DNA of 64,000 nt from Alphaproteobacteria bacterium (GCA_024402765.1 JAKSTC010000005.1:1517-65516), one strand, 5' to 3'. Positions 16,573-27,091 are shown, counted from the stretch's first letter. The notes: generated from the letters alone by a model not told the origin. Made by a program: numbers and translations.

Positions 16573-16776
16573 TGTTAATAATTATACAGATTTCAACAAT
16601 TTTTAACAAGCATAAAAAATATTCATACAAAATTGTTAAATATGTTGAAAAACTACTATCTTTTTTAACAGTTGAAAAATATTATTATTTTTTAACAATT
16701 TTACAAAAAACCTCACAAATTAAGGATTTTTTTGTTAAAAACTTGTTAAGTTTTTGTAAAATTTCGATTTTTAACA
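16573..16776. promoter_or_regulatory. cluster of eight TTAACA/TGTTAA motifs (extended consensus TTTTTAACAAtTT) in the virB3/rpmJ divergent intergenic region
   Basis: Motifs start at 16573, 16603, 16634, 16665, 16692, 16733, 16744 and 16771. One pair forms TTAA-N7-TTAAG (16735-16750), a CtrA-box-like spacing. Confidence 0.4.
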
Positions 16777-16871
16777 ATTTCAACAGCCATAATAAAAACA
16801 ACAAAAATATAATAATATTATTTGATTTTTTAGAAAATGTGTTTATAATCAATCTGCAAAAAGGATTTGAT

Positions 16872-17006
16872 ATGAAATTTTTAAGTTCATTGAAAGCATG
16901 GAAAAAACGTGGTGATATTAAACAAATTCGCCGTGGTAAGCAAATTATTTTAATTGATCCATCAAAGCCTAAATTAAAGGCTAAACAGGGCTTTAAGAAA
17001 AAATAA
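16872..17006 (+). CDS. rpmJ: 50S ribosomal protein L36, type B
   Basis: MKFLSSLKAWKKRGDIKQIRRGKQIILIDPSKPKLKAKQG matches the type-B L36 (YkgO-like) pattern MKV.SSLK....R......V.R.GR.YVI.K..P..KA.QG. AAGGA RBS. The ORF-track start at 16743 is spurious. Confidence 0.8.
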   Translation: MKFLSSLKAWKKRGDIKQIRRGKQIILIDPSKPKLKAKQGFKKK

Positions 17007-17033
17007 GTTTTTATATATATAGAAACAATTTTT

Positions 17034-17059
17034 CCCGATTTATATCGGGTATTTTTTTA
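17034..17059 (+). terminator. intrinsic terminator after rpmJ
   Basis: CCCGAT-TTAT-ATCGGG followed by TATTTTTTT. Confidence 0.65.
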
Positions 17060-17060
17060 T

Positions 17061-17741
17061 TTAAAATAACGGATTATTGTTAATAAATGCTTCTTGTAAC
17101 ACATTTTGTATTTCAAGTGAACTAAGTCCACTTTCATGCAAATATTGAATCTGGGGGGCGGTTGCCTCAAATAATGACGCACCATGTTTTGCGTTTTCTG
17201 GCACAGAATATATTTTTTGTTCTGGTAAAAATGTTATTTTTGCGTTTTTAGCCGCAAGTGCAGAAAAATTAATATCAGAATTACAATTTTCACAGTTTTT
17301 ATTAATTTCTGCGGTTGCTGATAATTTTGATACAGAATCCATGCCGGCAAGTAATTTTGTATTTAATAAAATGCCGGTGTTTTTGTTAAAATGGCCGGCA
17401 AAAATATCACAATTTAACTCTGATTTATTAAACAAAGTAATATTTCCACGTATTTCAGAATTTTTCCCGGTGTTTTTGATAAAAATATTCAAAAAGGCCG
17501 GCTTTTTATTTTCTATTTTTACAGTTAAAAATACTTTCTGATTTTCCGGTAAAATTTGTATATTTATATCGTTTTTGCCGGCAATTTCACCAATATATAT
17601 AATATGAACCGGTAAATCGTATTTTGAATTAATTTCACAAGATTGAAGTGTTGATAATTCAGGTTGAAAAACACCATCACGGTAAACAATAGTTTCCGCT
17701 GGAAATGTTTTTATATTGAAATCTTGCCACATGTATGACAT
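17061..17741 (-). CDS. SufD-like (SufB/SufD family) protein, orphan
   Basis: C-terminus HGASLFEATAPQIQYLHESGLSSLEIQNVLQEAF resembles the SufD C-terminal signature (HGAT.G.L...QLFYL.SRG....A..LL...F). Start chosen at M14 to reduce overlap with divergent ychF. No sufB or sufC is nearby. Confidence 0.55.
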   Translation of the reverse strand: MSYMWQDFNIKTFPAETIVYRDGVFQPELSTLQSCEINSKYDLPVHIIYIGEIAGKNDINIQILPENQKVFLTVKIENKKPAFLNIFIKNTGKNSEIRGNITLFNKSELNCDIFAGHFNKNTGILLNTKLLAGMDSVSKLSATAEINKNCENCNSDINFSALAAKNAKITFLPEQKIYSVPENAKHGASLFEATAPQIQYLHESGLSSLEIQNVLQEAFINNNPLF

Positions 17742-17769
17742 ATTAAGCAGTATTATAAAGGATTTTAAA

Positions 17770-18849
17770 ATGGGTTTCAATTGTGGAATTGTTGGTCTAC
17801 CAAATGTTGGAAAATCTACATTATTTAATGCATTAACACAAAGTGCGGCGGCAGATGCACAAAATTATCCTTTTTGCACTATAGAGCCAAATACAGGTTG
17901 TGTTGTTGTTCCAGATGCGACATTGTTAAAACTAGCAGATATTGCAAAATCGGCTAAAATTATACCAACCCAACTTGAAATTGTTGATATTGCAGGTTTA
18001 GTAAAGGGTGCGTCAAGTGGTGAAGGTTTAGGTAATAAATTCCTAGGTAATATTCTTGAAACAGACGCGATTATTCATGTGGTCAGATGTTTTGAAAATG
18101 ATGATATTGTCCATGTAAACGGGCGTATAGATCCATTATCAGACATTGAAACAATTGAAACAGAATTAATGTTGGCAGATCTTGAAAGTTTAGAAAAACA
18201 AATTAAAAACCTTGAGAAAAAAGCGCATGGACTGGATAAAGACGCAATTAAATTATTGGACGATGCAAAAAAAATAAAGGCTGCGCTTGAATCTGGAACA
18301 CCTGCGCGGGATTGTGGTATTGATTCGAAAATATTTAATTTACTAACATCAAAACCTGTGATTTATGTGTGTAATGTTGATGAAGCATCGGCTGCAACCG
18401 GTAATAAATTTTCTGATGCAGTTGTTGAAAAATTCGGAAAAAAAGCACCGGTATTAATAATTTCATCAAAAATAGAGATGGAAATTGCACAAATTATTAA
18501 TCCAGATGAACGTAAAATGTTTCTTGATGATTTGGGGCTATCTGAATCAGGGTTGGATAAAGTTATTAAAACAGGATATAAAACACTTGGTCTGCAAACA
18601 TTTTATACCGTTGGACCCAAGGAAGCACATGCCTGGACAATTAAATCTGGATTTACCGCGCCCCAGGCCGCCGGCAAAATACACACTGATTTTGAAAAAG
18701 GATTTATCCGGGCAGAGGTTATATCAGCATCTGATTTTATAGAACTGGGGGGTGAATTACCTGTCCGCGAAGCCGGTAAAATGCACACAGTTGGTAAAGA
18801 ATATATTATGCAAGAAGGCGATATTTGTCATTTCTTGTTTAATAACTAA
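17770..18849 (+). CDS. ychF: ribosome-binding ATPase YchF
   Basis: MGFNCGIVGLPNVGKSTLFNALT at the N-terminus and C-terminal TGS-like GKEYIMQEGDICHFLFN. Confidence 0.93.
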   Translation: MGFNCGIVGLPNVGKSTLFNALTQSAAADAQNYPFCTIEPNTGCVVVPDATLLKLADIAKSAKIIPTQLEIVDIAGLVKGASSGEGLGNKFLGNILETDAIIHVVRCFENDDIVHVNGRIDPLSDIETIETELMLADLESLEKQIKNLEKKAHGLDKDAIKLLDDAKKIKAALESGTPARDCGIDSKIFNLLTSKPVIYVCNVDEASAATGNKFSDAVVEKFGKKAPVLIISSKIEMEIAQIINPDERKMFLDDLGLSESGLDKVIKTGYKTLGLQTFYTVGPKEAHAWTIKSGFTAPQAAGKIHTDFEKGFIRAEVISASDFIELGGELPVREAGKMHTVGKEYIMQEGDICHFLFNN

Positions 18850-18861
18850 AAAAATAAAAAG

Positions 18862-18896
18862 CCGGCCTTTTTGAACATTTTTATCAAAAAGGCCGG
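18862..18896. terminator. bidirectional terminator between convergent ychF and dnaG
   Basis: Perfect 11-bp stem CCGGCCTTTTT / AAAAAGGCCGG with a 13-nt loop. Confidence 0.6.
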
Positions 18897-18903
18897 GAAT
18901 TTT

Positions 18904-20532
18904 TTAATCCATAATCATAGATTCAAGTTCAATATCAATAGATTTTATTTCATCATCTATTTTTTGTATTCTTTGTGTTAATTCATCATTTTTACCATTT
19001 TTCAACATATCAGAAAGTAGTTGTTTTTTTTCGTTTTGTAAATTTTGTTTATTTGTATTTAATTCCAAAGATTTTATATATTTTTCTGCCGCTTTTTCTG
19101 ATAAATTTACATCACTATTAATATTTTCATCAAAAGATATATTTAATTCACCTAAAAAATCTGCGTATTGTGAAGCAATTTGTGGATAAGTATTCACAAT
19201 ATAAATTAAAGTATTTTTTGTTAAATTATCTGCTGATGGTAAATCTATTTTTATGGTATCTAATTTTGACTTTTTCCAACCATGCCATTGTTGAAATTTG
19301 CGTTTATTATATTCCTGAATAACTTCATTTTTAAATTCAAAATCTGTTATTTTATCAATTTCTGATTTAAGGAATTTTTCGGCTTGACTACGTCCACCCG
19401 GGGTTGAAATTAAAAACTTTTGGTTAACCATATTCCATAAAAAATCTATCAATGGTGTTGCAGAATCTATAATTTTATCCATCCCCACCTTACCAGATGT
19501 TTTTAATACCTCATCTGGATCTTTGCCCCCGGTTACAAAGGCAAATTTTACATCAGATGTGTCGCGCAAAAATGGTAACACAATACCACATGCACGCGCA
19601 GCCGCCTTTTGTCCTGCGCCATCGCCGTCAAAACAGAAAATAATATTTCTATTTGATTTACATAATAATGCAATATGATCTTCGGTAAGTGCGGTCCCTA
19701 ATGGCGCAACAGTTTCACCAAAACCGTTACATTGCATTTGAATTGCATCTATTTGTCCTTCAACCACGATAGAACGATTTTGACGATGAATACTATCACG
19801 CGCAAAATTAAATCCAAATATAGTCTGGCGTTTATGAAACATTTCTGTATCGGTGGTATTTATATACTTTGGTTCACTGCCGTCCAAACTACGCCCTGAA
19901 AAAGCAACAATTTGACCATGTACGTTAAATATAGGAAACATTAATTTATCACGAAAGAAATCATACAGGCCATAATCACCACTACGACATAATCCGGTTG
20001 TCAGTAATTTATCTTGTTTTATATTAACAAATTTATTTGCAATTATATTATTTTTTGGTGCGTATCCAATACGATATTTTTTTATCATATCATCTGTAAA
20101 ACCACGACCACGAATATAAGATAGTGCGTGTTCCCCATCGGGCGAAAAAAGTTTTTCAGAATATATTTTTGCAGCATTTTCGTATATGGATAAATAAGAT
20201 TCTTCGGCATCAATTTGTTCTTGTGATTTTGGTTTATAATCTGGTAATTTCATTCCCGCCATATTAGCCAGTTCAGTAATAGCAGATTTAAAATCCATAT
20301 TATTTACTTTCATTGTAAAAGAAATAATATCACCATGTTCACCACAACCAAAACAATGATAAAATCCTTTTTCTTCATTAACAGAAAAACTGGGTGTTTT
20401 TTCATTATGAAATGGACAACAACCCCAATAATTTTGACCTTTTTTTGTTAATGGTACACGCCGACCAATAACATCAACCAGTGATAATCTGGCACGCAAT
20501 TCATCTGTAAAAGAGTTATCATATTTTGCCAA
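18904..20532 (-). CDS. dnaG: DNA primase
   Basis: Zinc-ribbon CPFHNEKTPSFSV..YHCFGCGEHGD and TOPRIM EGQIDAI...FDGDGAGQKAA. Confidence 0.93.
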   Translation of the reverse strand: MAKYDNSFTDELRARLSLVDVIGRRVPLTKKGQNYWGCCPFHNEKTPSFSVNEEKGFYHCFGCGEHGDIISFTMKVNNMDFKSAITELANMAGMKLPDYKPKSQEQIDAEESYLSIYENAAKIYSEKLFSPDGEHALSYIRGRGFTDDMIKKYRIGYAPKNNIIANKFVNIKQDKLLTTGLCRSGDYGLYDFFRDKLMFPIFNVHGQIVAFSGRSLDGSEPKYINTTDTEMFHKRQTIFGFNFARDSIHRQNRSIVVEGQIDAIQMQCNGFGETVAPLGTALTEDHIALLCKSNRNIIFCFDGDGAGQKAAARACGIVLPFLRDTSDVKFAFVTGGKDPDEVLKTSGKVGMDKIIDSATPLIDFLWNMVNQKFLISTPGGRSQAEKFLKSEIDKITDFEFKNEVIQEYNKRKFQQWHGWKKSKLDTIKIDLPSADNLTKNTLIYIVNTYPQIASQYADFLGELNISFDENINSDVNLSEKAAEKYIKSLELNTNKQNLQNEKKQLLSDMLKNGKNDELTQRIQKIDDEIKSIDIELESMIMD

Positions 20533-20534
20533 TT

Positions 20535-22763
20535 TTATTTCTTTTTAATAAATTTTTTAGGTTGTTTATTATTTATTAAATCAATCGCAGTTTCTAAATC
20601 AGGTTGACTTGAAACACTAACATTAACGCGGTTTGATGATATATATGCACCATATCGGCCGGTCGGATAAAAATAAATTTCTTTATCTGTTTTTGGATTA
20701 ATGCCAATTTTAATAGGTTCTGCTTTCTTTCCAGAATTATTTAATAATTCACGCGCAATGTCGATTGTAATAGTTTCAGCGTTATATTTTTTTGCACTAA
20801 CATTTTTTATACCGTCTGTGATATATGGGCCAAAACGTCCAACCTTAAATAATATACCGTCACCCAAGTCAACCTCTGATTTATCAGATTGTGTGTTTTC
20901 TGGGGTATCTGATATTTTCTTGGTATAATTGCATGTTGGATAATTTGAACAACCAATAAACGCACCAAATTTAGATAATTTTATTCCCAGCTTTCCATGA
21001 CATGTTGGACAAATATTATTACCATCAGGGAATAAATGATTATTCATAAATTCATTTATTGTATCAATAATTTCTGTGGTTTTAATTATTTTTGCAGAAT
21101 CAATCATATCTTTGGTAGGATTCCAAAATTCGCGCAGTGCGGGTAATTTTTCTTTGTCGCCATTTGAAACATCATCCAAAGTGTCTTCGGTTTTGGCGGT
21201 AAAATTAACATCGACCAGTTCTGAAAAATATTTTGATAAATATGCAACAACAATCCACCCACCAATTGTTGGATGAAAACGATGTTGTTTATCCTGTTCA
21301 ACATATTTTCTGTCGACGATTGTTGACATAATTGTTGCATATGTTGATGGACGACCAATTCCAAGTTCTTCTAACTTTTTTACCAAAGATGCCTCTGTAT
21401 ATCTGGCTGGTGGTTGTGTAAAATGTTGTTCTGGTAAAATTTCAGTAATTTGAATTTTATCACCAATATTTAATTTTGGTAATTTAGATTCTTTATCATC
21501 TGTGTCATCATCCCTGTCTTCGGTATAAACACGCGTAAAGCCATCAAAAGTTTTTGTTGTTCCAACACTGTGAAAAATAATATTTTTATTATCAAGTTTG
21601 ATATCAGCACTAACACTATCAAATTCTGCATTTATCATTTGACATGCAATAGTACGTTTCCAAATTAACAAATATAACTTTGCCTCGTCCCCTGATAGGT
21701 CTGGTTTATTATTATCAAAATGTGTTGGACGAATTGCCTCGTGTGCTTCTTGTGCATTTTTAGATTTTGTTACATATATGTTTGGGGACTTGGGCAGGAA
21801 AGATTGACCATAATTTGAATTAATATAATTACGAATTTCATTAACCGCGTCCACCGACAGGTTTGTTGCATCTGTTCGCATATATGTTATAAAACCTTGC
21901 TCATATAACTTTTGTGCAACCTGCATAGTTTTTTTGGATGAGAAATACAACTTACGCGCAGCCTCTTGTTGTAATGTACTGGTTGTAAATGGTGCCGCAG
22001 GTTTTCGCGATGTATTCTTCTTATTAATATCAATAACAGACGCATTTATAATTGGTTGACCGATATTTGATAAAATTTCATCAACCTGCCCTTTATTTTC
22101 AATGGTCATTTTTTCAATTTTTTTACCATTATACGATAACAAAGATGAACTAAATTCTTCGCCATTTGTGCAGTTTGCAGATACAGACCAATATTCAGTT
22201 GGTTTAAATGCATCAATTTCGCGTTCCCTATCTACGACTAATTTTACCGCCACAGATTGAACGCGTCCCACAGATTTACCTAAATTTCTGCGTTGTGTTA
22301 GTGGTGATATTTCAAATCCAATTAAATAGTCCAGAATACGGCGCACCATATACGCGTTGACCAAATTGTCATCAATTTCGCGCGGATGTTCCAAAGCCTC
22401 TGTAACTGCGCGCTTTGTAATTTCATGGAAAGCAACACGATATACAGGAACTTTACCCAATACATTTCTTTGGGTTAAAATATCCATGATATGCCATGCG
22501 ATTGCTTCACCCTCGCGATCAGGATCCGATGCGAGATAGACAGCATCAGCCTTTTTAACTTCATCAATAATATTTTTCAGGACTTTTTCTTTACCATCCA
22601 TAATTTGCCATTTAGGTTCAAAGTCTTTTTCAATATTAACACTGCCACTTTCTGGAACCAAATCACGAACATGACCCACAGACGCAATAACCCGCCAACC
22701 ATGCCCTAGATATTTTTCAATAGTTTTTGCTTTTGATGGTGATTCAACAATAAGTAAATTCAT
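20535..22763 (-). CDS. topA: DNA topoisomerase I
   Basis: TOPRIM MNLLIVESPSKAKTIEKYLG, DPDREGEAIAWH, active-site region ITYMRTD and C-terminal Zn fingers CPTCHG...CSNYPTC. Confidence 0.95.
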   Translation of the reverse strand: MNLLIVESPSKAKTIEKYLGHGWRVIASVGHVRDLVPESGSVNIEKDFEPKWQIMDGKEKVLKNIIDEVKKADAVYLASDPDREGEAIAWHIMDILTQRNVLGKVPVYRVAFHEITKRAVTEALEHPREIDDNLVNAYMVRRILDYLIGFEISPLTQRRNLGKSVGRVQSVAVKLVVDREREIDAFKPTEYWSVSANCTNGEEFSSSLLSYNGKKIEKMTIENKGQVDEILSNIGQPIINASVIDINKKNTSRKPAAPFTTSTLQQEAARKLYFSSKKTMQVAQKLYEQGFITYMRTDATNLSVDAVNEIRNYINSNYGQSFLPKSPNIYVTKSKNAQEAHEAIRPTHFDNNKPDLSGDEAKLYLLIWKRTIACQMINAEFDSVSADIKLDNKNIIFHSVGTTKTFDGFTRVYTEDRDDDTDDKESKLPKLNIGDKIQITEILPEQHFTQPPARYTEASLVKKLEELGIGRPSTYATIMSTIVDRKYVEQDKQHRFHPTIGGWIVVAYLSKYFSELVDVNFTAKTEDTLDDVSNGDKEKLPALREFWNPTKDMIDSAKIIKTTEIIDTINEFMNNHLFPDGNNICPTCHGKLGIKLSKFGAFIGCSNYPTCNYTKKISDTPENTQSDKSEVDLGDGILFKVGRFGPYITDGIKNVSAKKYNAETITIDIARELLNNSGKKAEPIKIGINPKTDKEIYFYPTGRYGAYISSNRVNVSVSSQPDLETAIDLINNKQPKKFIKKK

Positions 22764-22766
22764 ATT

Positions 22767-23912
22767 TTAACTTCCTTTGGCAGATAATTGTTGGTCTTTA
22801 TGAATATGTGCATTTTGGCATAAACCAAACCCAAACATCAGGGAAATCAAACTGCTACCACCAAAAGACATTAATGGCAATGGCACCCCGACGGTTGGCA
22901 TCAATCCTAAAACCATTGAAATATTTATAAAGTAATAAACAAAAAAATTCAACATAAAACCAAAACAAATTAATTGACCAAACCGATTTCGGCATGTTTT
23001 TGCCAACCAAAAAAGAACAATAATTATAATACTATATATAATTAACAGGGAAAAAGCACCCAGAAATCCGAATTCTTCGCCAAGCATAGTAAAGATAAAA
23101 TCAGTTTGTTTTTCAGGCAAGAAAGATTGTTGTGATTGTGTTCCTGCCATATAACCCTTGCCGATAAAACCACCACTGCCGAATGCAATTTTTGCCTGAT
23201 TAATTTGATAACCAGCACCCTGGGCATCGTGATCTGGGTTAATAAAAGTAATAATTCTGTCGCGTTGATAATCATGCATTCCACCAAACCAAACGATTGG
23301 CGCCGCCATTAATGCCAAAATTCCAACAATCATAAACCATTTTTTAGGTGCACCAACAATGTAAAACATACCAACTGTAATCAACGCCAATGAAATTGCC
23401 GTTCCTAAATCAGGTTGCAGGGCGATTAAACCAAAAGGAATTAATAACAACAATGATGGAACGATGTAATTTTTAGGTTGGGTTAATTCTACAGAATTCA
23501 TCCATGCGAAATAGCGTGCCAATGCAAGCACAAGTGCAATCTTGATAAATTCAGATGGTTGTATACTTATAAATCCTAGATTTAACCATCGTTGTGCACC
23601 CATACCTGTATCGCCAATAAAAGTAACTAATGCAATCAATATAAAAGCAATGGCATAAATTAAGTTTGCAGACTTTAACCATGTTTTTATATTTGAAAAA
23701 GAAACTATAAAGAAAACAATAAATCCAAACAAAATTTTCATTAATTGTGATAATGCAAATGGCCGCCATGAACCGCCACCCGCAGAAAATAAAACAATAA
23801 TAGATAGTGTTAATGCCAAACACATAGGGATAAATAACCCCCATGAAAAACGCGATAGTTTTTCACTAAAACTCATCATATTTGCATTAGAAACACGTGT
23901 TTGATTTGACAT
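22767..23912 (-). CDS. rodA: peptidoglycan glycosyltransferase RodA (SEDS family)
   Basis: Polytopic FtsW/RodA/SpoVE-type protein (QPSEFIKI, LPEKQTDFIF, GLMPTVGVPLPLMSFGGSS) immediately downstream of mrdA. Confidence 0.9.
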   Translation of the reverse strand: MSNQTRVSNANMMSFSEKLSRFSWGLFIPMCLALTLSIIVLFSAGGGSWRPFALSQLMKILFGFIVFFIVSFSNIKTWLKSANLIYAIAFILIALVTFIGDTGMGAQRWLNLGFISIQPSEFIKIALVLALARYFAWMNSVELTQPKNYIVPSLLLLIPFGLIALQPDLGTAISLALITVGMFYIVGAPKKWFMIVGILALMAAPIVWFGGMHDYQRDRIITFINPDHDAQGAGYQINQAKIAFGSGGFIGKGYMAGTQSQQSFLPEKQTDFIFTMLGEEFGFLGAFSLLIIYSIIIIVLFWLAKTCRNRFGQLICFGFMLNFFVYYFINISMVLGLMPTVGVPLPLMSFGGSSLISLMFGFGLCQNAHIHKDQQLSAKGS

Positions 23913-23919
23913 TTATTAA

Positions 23920-25689
23920 TTACTCTTTTAATAATTCCTTCATTACATTTGCAACGGTACGTGCAGCCGGTGATGAACCACCTGAGTGTTCTGTGATAAC
24001 ACATACGGCATATCGTGGTTTATCGGTTGGCGCATATCCAACAAACAAACCATGATTACGCATATTCCATTGTAATTGTTCATTTGTCAGAACGCCCGTT
24101 GCGCGTTCTGCACGTGAAATACTGCGGACCTGGGATGTTCCGGTTTTTCCGCCCATTTTTGCACCATTAACATTAATTGCACTGCCGGCTGCGGTTCCAC
24201 CGGTTTTTGTTACCCGCTCTAGGCCCTTTAATACATAATTAATATTTTTTTGTTGCAAGTTTAATGGTTTAAATTGTGGTCTTAAATCGGAATATATAAT
24301 GCGCGGTACAACATTTTTATTTGATGCAACCCGTGCCATCATAATTGCCAGTTGTATACAGTTGGTTAAAATAAAACCCTGACCAATTCCAGAAATAATA
24401 GTATCACCATGAACCCATGAATAACCTATATTTTTTTCTTTCCATTTTCTATCTGGCATAACACCTGCCATTTGACGTGTGAAAATATCAGTAATATATT
24501 TTTCAGTAAAGCCGAGTTTTAATGCCATAGATTTAATTGCATCAATACCTATACGTAGCGCCAGTTGATAAAAATATATGTCGCAAGAATGTGTTAATGC
24601 AGCCGCTAAATCAACATGACCATGACCGCCCGCTTCCCAACAGTGATAGCGTCTGTCACCATATTCCCAAAAGCCTGGACAAAAAACTTTTTCATTTGGT
24701 GAAATTGCACCAGATTCCAATGCCGCCAATGCAACGACAATTTTAAATGTCGAACCTGGGGGATATAATCCTTCGAATACTTTATTCATAAATGGTTTTG
24801 AATAATCATTGCGTAGTGCGTTGATGTATTCTTCGCCATCATCACTATTGAATTCGTTTGGATTGAAGCTGGGGACAGATACAAGTGCCAAAATATCACC
24901 CGTTTCAATATCTAACGCCACACCACAGCCTGCTTTGTGTGATAACAAAGAATCATACATAACTTTTTGAACATTTGATTTTATTGTTGTTTTTATATTT
25001 CCACCTTTGTGAGATGGTTCAAATTGTGTTTTGTCTTCGCCGGTAATTCTGCCGGTGGCATTTGCGATCATTACTGTTTGTCCAGATGTCCCTGCAAGTG
25101 TTTTTTCAAAACTTTTCTCTAACCCCGTAATACCTGTTGTAAAAAAAGGTGCATTTGCCACAGGTTTATTAGGTGCACCAACATAACCAAATATTTGCGC
25201 ACCCGCAGGTCCCATTTCATAAACGCGTGCAAATCCATTTCGAATATGTAATCCAGAGATGCTTTTTGCCTGAATTCGTGCAAGAAGATTCCAATTCGTA
25301 CTTTCTGTAATTAATATAGGTTGAAATTTTGCCTGTTTTTTTATTTGTTCTTTTATGCGTTTAATAGTTTTATTTTTTAAATGTATTTCTTCAGAAATAG
25401 CATTTAATGCAGAATCTAAATCTGTAATTTCTTCGGGTATAATATAAATACGGTAAATTGGTTTGTCGTGTGAAATTATATTATCATCTTTATCTAAAAT
25501 TTTACCGCGTTCAGGTATATTGATTTGAATACGAAAAGAGTTGCTTTCGCTTTTTTGTTTATAAGATTTGTATTCAAACACCTGCATTTGTAACATACGC
25601 AACACTAATACAGAAGTTAAAATAACCCCACCTGTTAGAAAAAGCGCACTGCGTCGGTCAAATTGTTTTGTAACCTCTAAATCAATCAT
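23920..25689 (-). CDS. mrdA: penicillin-binding protein 2 (elongasome transpeptidase)
   Basis: SxxK motif PGSTFK, SxN-like HSCD and KTG motif GKTGTSQV. Located between mreD and rodA. Confidence 0.92.
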   Translation of the reverse strand: MIDLEVTKQFDRRSALFLTGGVILTSVLVLRMLQMQVFEYKSYKQKSESNSFRIQINIPERGKILDKDDNIISHDKPIYRIYIIPEEITDLDSALNAISEEIHLKNKTIKRIKEQIKKQAKFQPILITESTNWNLLARIQAKSISGLHIRNGFARVYEMGPAGAQIFGYVGAPNKPVANAPFFTTGITGLEKSFEKTLAGTSGQTVMIANATGRITGEDKTQFEPSHKGGNIKTTIKSNVQKVMYDSLLSHKAGCGVALDIETGDILALVSVPSFNPNEFNSDDGEEYINALRNDYSKPFMNKVFEGLYPPGSTFKIVVALAALESGAISPNEKVFCPGFWEYGDRRYHCWEAGGHGHVDLAAALTHSCDIYFYQLALRIGIDAIKSMALKLGFTEKYITDIFTRQMAGVMPDRKWKEKNIGYSWVHGDTIISGIGQGFILTNCIQLAIMMARVASNKNVVPRIIYSDLRPQFKPLNLQQKNINYVLKGLERVTKTGGTAAGSAINVNGAKMGGKTGTSQVRSISRAERATGVLTNEQLQWNMRNHGLFVGYAPTDKPRYAVCVITEHSGGSSPAARTVANVMKELLKE

Positions 25690-26137
25690 AAGAAACCTTT
25701 TTGATTAATTGGGTTATCGGAATATATAAAATACTTACCCAAACGAATATCCACAACATTCTAAATAACACAGTCGAATTCATATGTGCCACAGATATTA
25801 AAAATAATACGATTATCATAAAAAGCATAAACGGTTGAATCGCATTAAATTTTGATTCTGAAATATTAATATAGTTTTGAAAACCATTTATCGCATATGT
25901 CAGACAATAAACGGATGTCCAAAATAATTTGATATCAAAATTATAATCAATTAAAAAACAAAATAAAACCGCAAAAATACTAAAGTAAGGCGTGTTTTTT
26001 ACAAAAGAACAATAAAAAATTGGAATCATAGCAAGAATTCCGCCCGGATTCCAAAAACGGCCAGACAATCGCCACAGGACAATAACCATAATAAATGGAA
26101 AAGCTTTTTTTAAAAAATTTATAACAACAGTTTTCAT
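25682..26137 (-). CDS. mreD: rod shape-determining protein MreD
   Basis: 151-aa polytopic membrane protein overlapping mreC (4 nt) and mrdA (8 nt). Called mainly from its position. Confidence 0.6.
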   Translation of the reverse strand: MKTVVINFLKKAFPFIMVIVLWRLSGRFWNPGGILAMIPIFYCSFVKNTPYFSIFAVLFCFLIDYNFDIKLFWTSVYCLTYAINGFQNYINISESKFNAIQPFMLFMIIVLFLISVAHMNSTVLFRMLWIFVWVSILYIPITQLIKKVSYD

Positions 26138-26961
26138 TTATACTTGTTTTTATTGTCATACTTTAAAACCATAACACGTGATATAGTGTTTGGTTTTATA
26201 ACTTCTACTTCGGATTTATTTTTTATATTTCCAACAAAAATTCCACTCGGCACAACACCACTGATATTACTGGTAATAAGTTTCGTACCATCTTGGGGTT
26301 TGAATTCTGGCTTGCTAAACATACCAATTTTTGCATATCCAGAACCCGTTCCTTGTAGAAAAGCATAAACATCTGTGCCGACAACACGTACAGCAATATT
26401 GCTATTTGAATCACTTAAACTGCGAACGCGTGAAAATTCAGACGACACATCCATAACAACCCCAGCCAGTATTCCATCTACAGATACAACAACCATACCC
26501 TGGGCCACCCCATCATTTTTACCACGATTAATCAAGAATGTATTATGATGCAGGGTTGGATTATCAAACATGATATCTGCAATAACCGCAGAATGTGGTT
26601 GTGCGCGAACTAAATCAAGTTCGTTTTCTAATTTTTTATTTTCCTGCATAACAATATCACAGGTGTTTTTTGTGTTTAATGCATCTGCTAATTGCATTTT
26701 TAATAATTCGTTTTCATCACGCAGGTTTGATAGTTCGCCAATGTTTTTAACCAGTCGTCCACCCGCCCGCACCGGCCATGTTATAGCGTCACCCACAGTG
26801 TGTGCCACAGGCAAAACAATATGTGCCAGACCGTTCATCAGGTAATAATCAGGCTTTGCAATTAAAATATAAATCAAAAAAACCGGCAAAACAGCCGTCG
26901 CGACGGCAGATTTTACCCATTTTTGAATTTTTGAAAACTTATTTTGCTGAATCATACCCAT
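26134..26961 (-). CDS. mreC: rod shape-determining protein MreC
   Basis: N-terminal TM segment, coiled coil (ENELLKMQL...LENELDLVR) and beta-barrel region with GMVVVSVDGILAGVV / GVVPSGIFVG. Confidence 0.85.
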   Translation of the reverse strand: MGMIQQNKFSKIQKWVKSAVATAVLPVFLIYILIAKPDYYLMNGLAHIVLPVAHTVGDAITWPVRAGGRLVKNIGELSNLRDENELLKMQLADALNTKNTCDIVMQENKKLENELDLVRAQPHSAVIADIMFDNPTLHHNTFLINRGKNDGVAQGMVVVSVDGILAGVVMDVSSEFSRVRSLSDSNSNIAVRVVGTDVYAFLQGTGSGYAKIGMFSKPEFKPQDGTKLITSNISGVVPSGIFVGNIKNKSEVEVIKPNTISRVMVLKYDNKNKYK

Positions 26962-27091
26962 ACTTTAGACATTAAAATATTAACATTCAATAAAAACTTG
27001 ATTTTTCTTTTTATTCTGGCAAAATATAGGCTGTTAACCGTCTAAAGTGGCAATGGCATTGCCATCAGGACATAAATCAAAGAGGTAAAAA

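Noticed and set aside
16743-16871. Upstream 43 codons of the 87-aa ORF containing rpmJ
   Set aside because: They form a low-complexity Asn/Ile-rich stretch in the AT-rich intergenic repeat cluster. The L36 homology and RBS begin at 16872.
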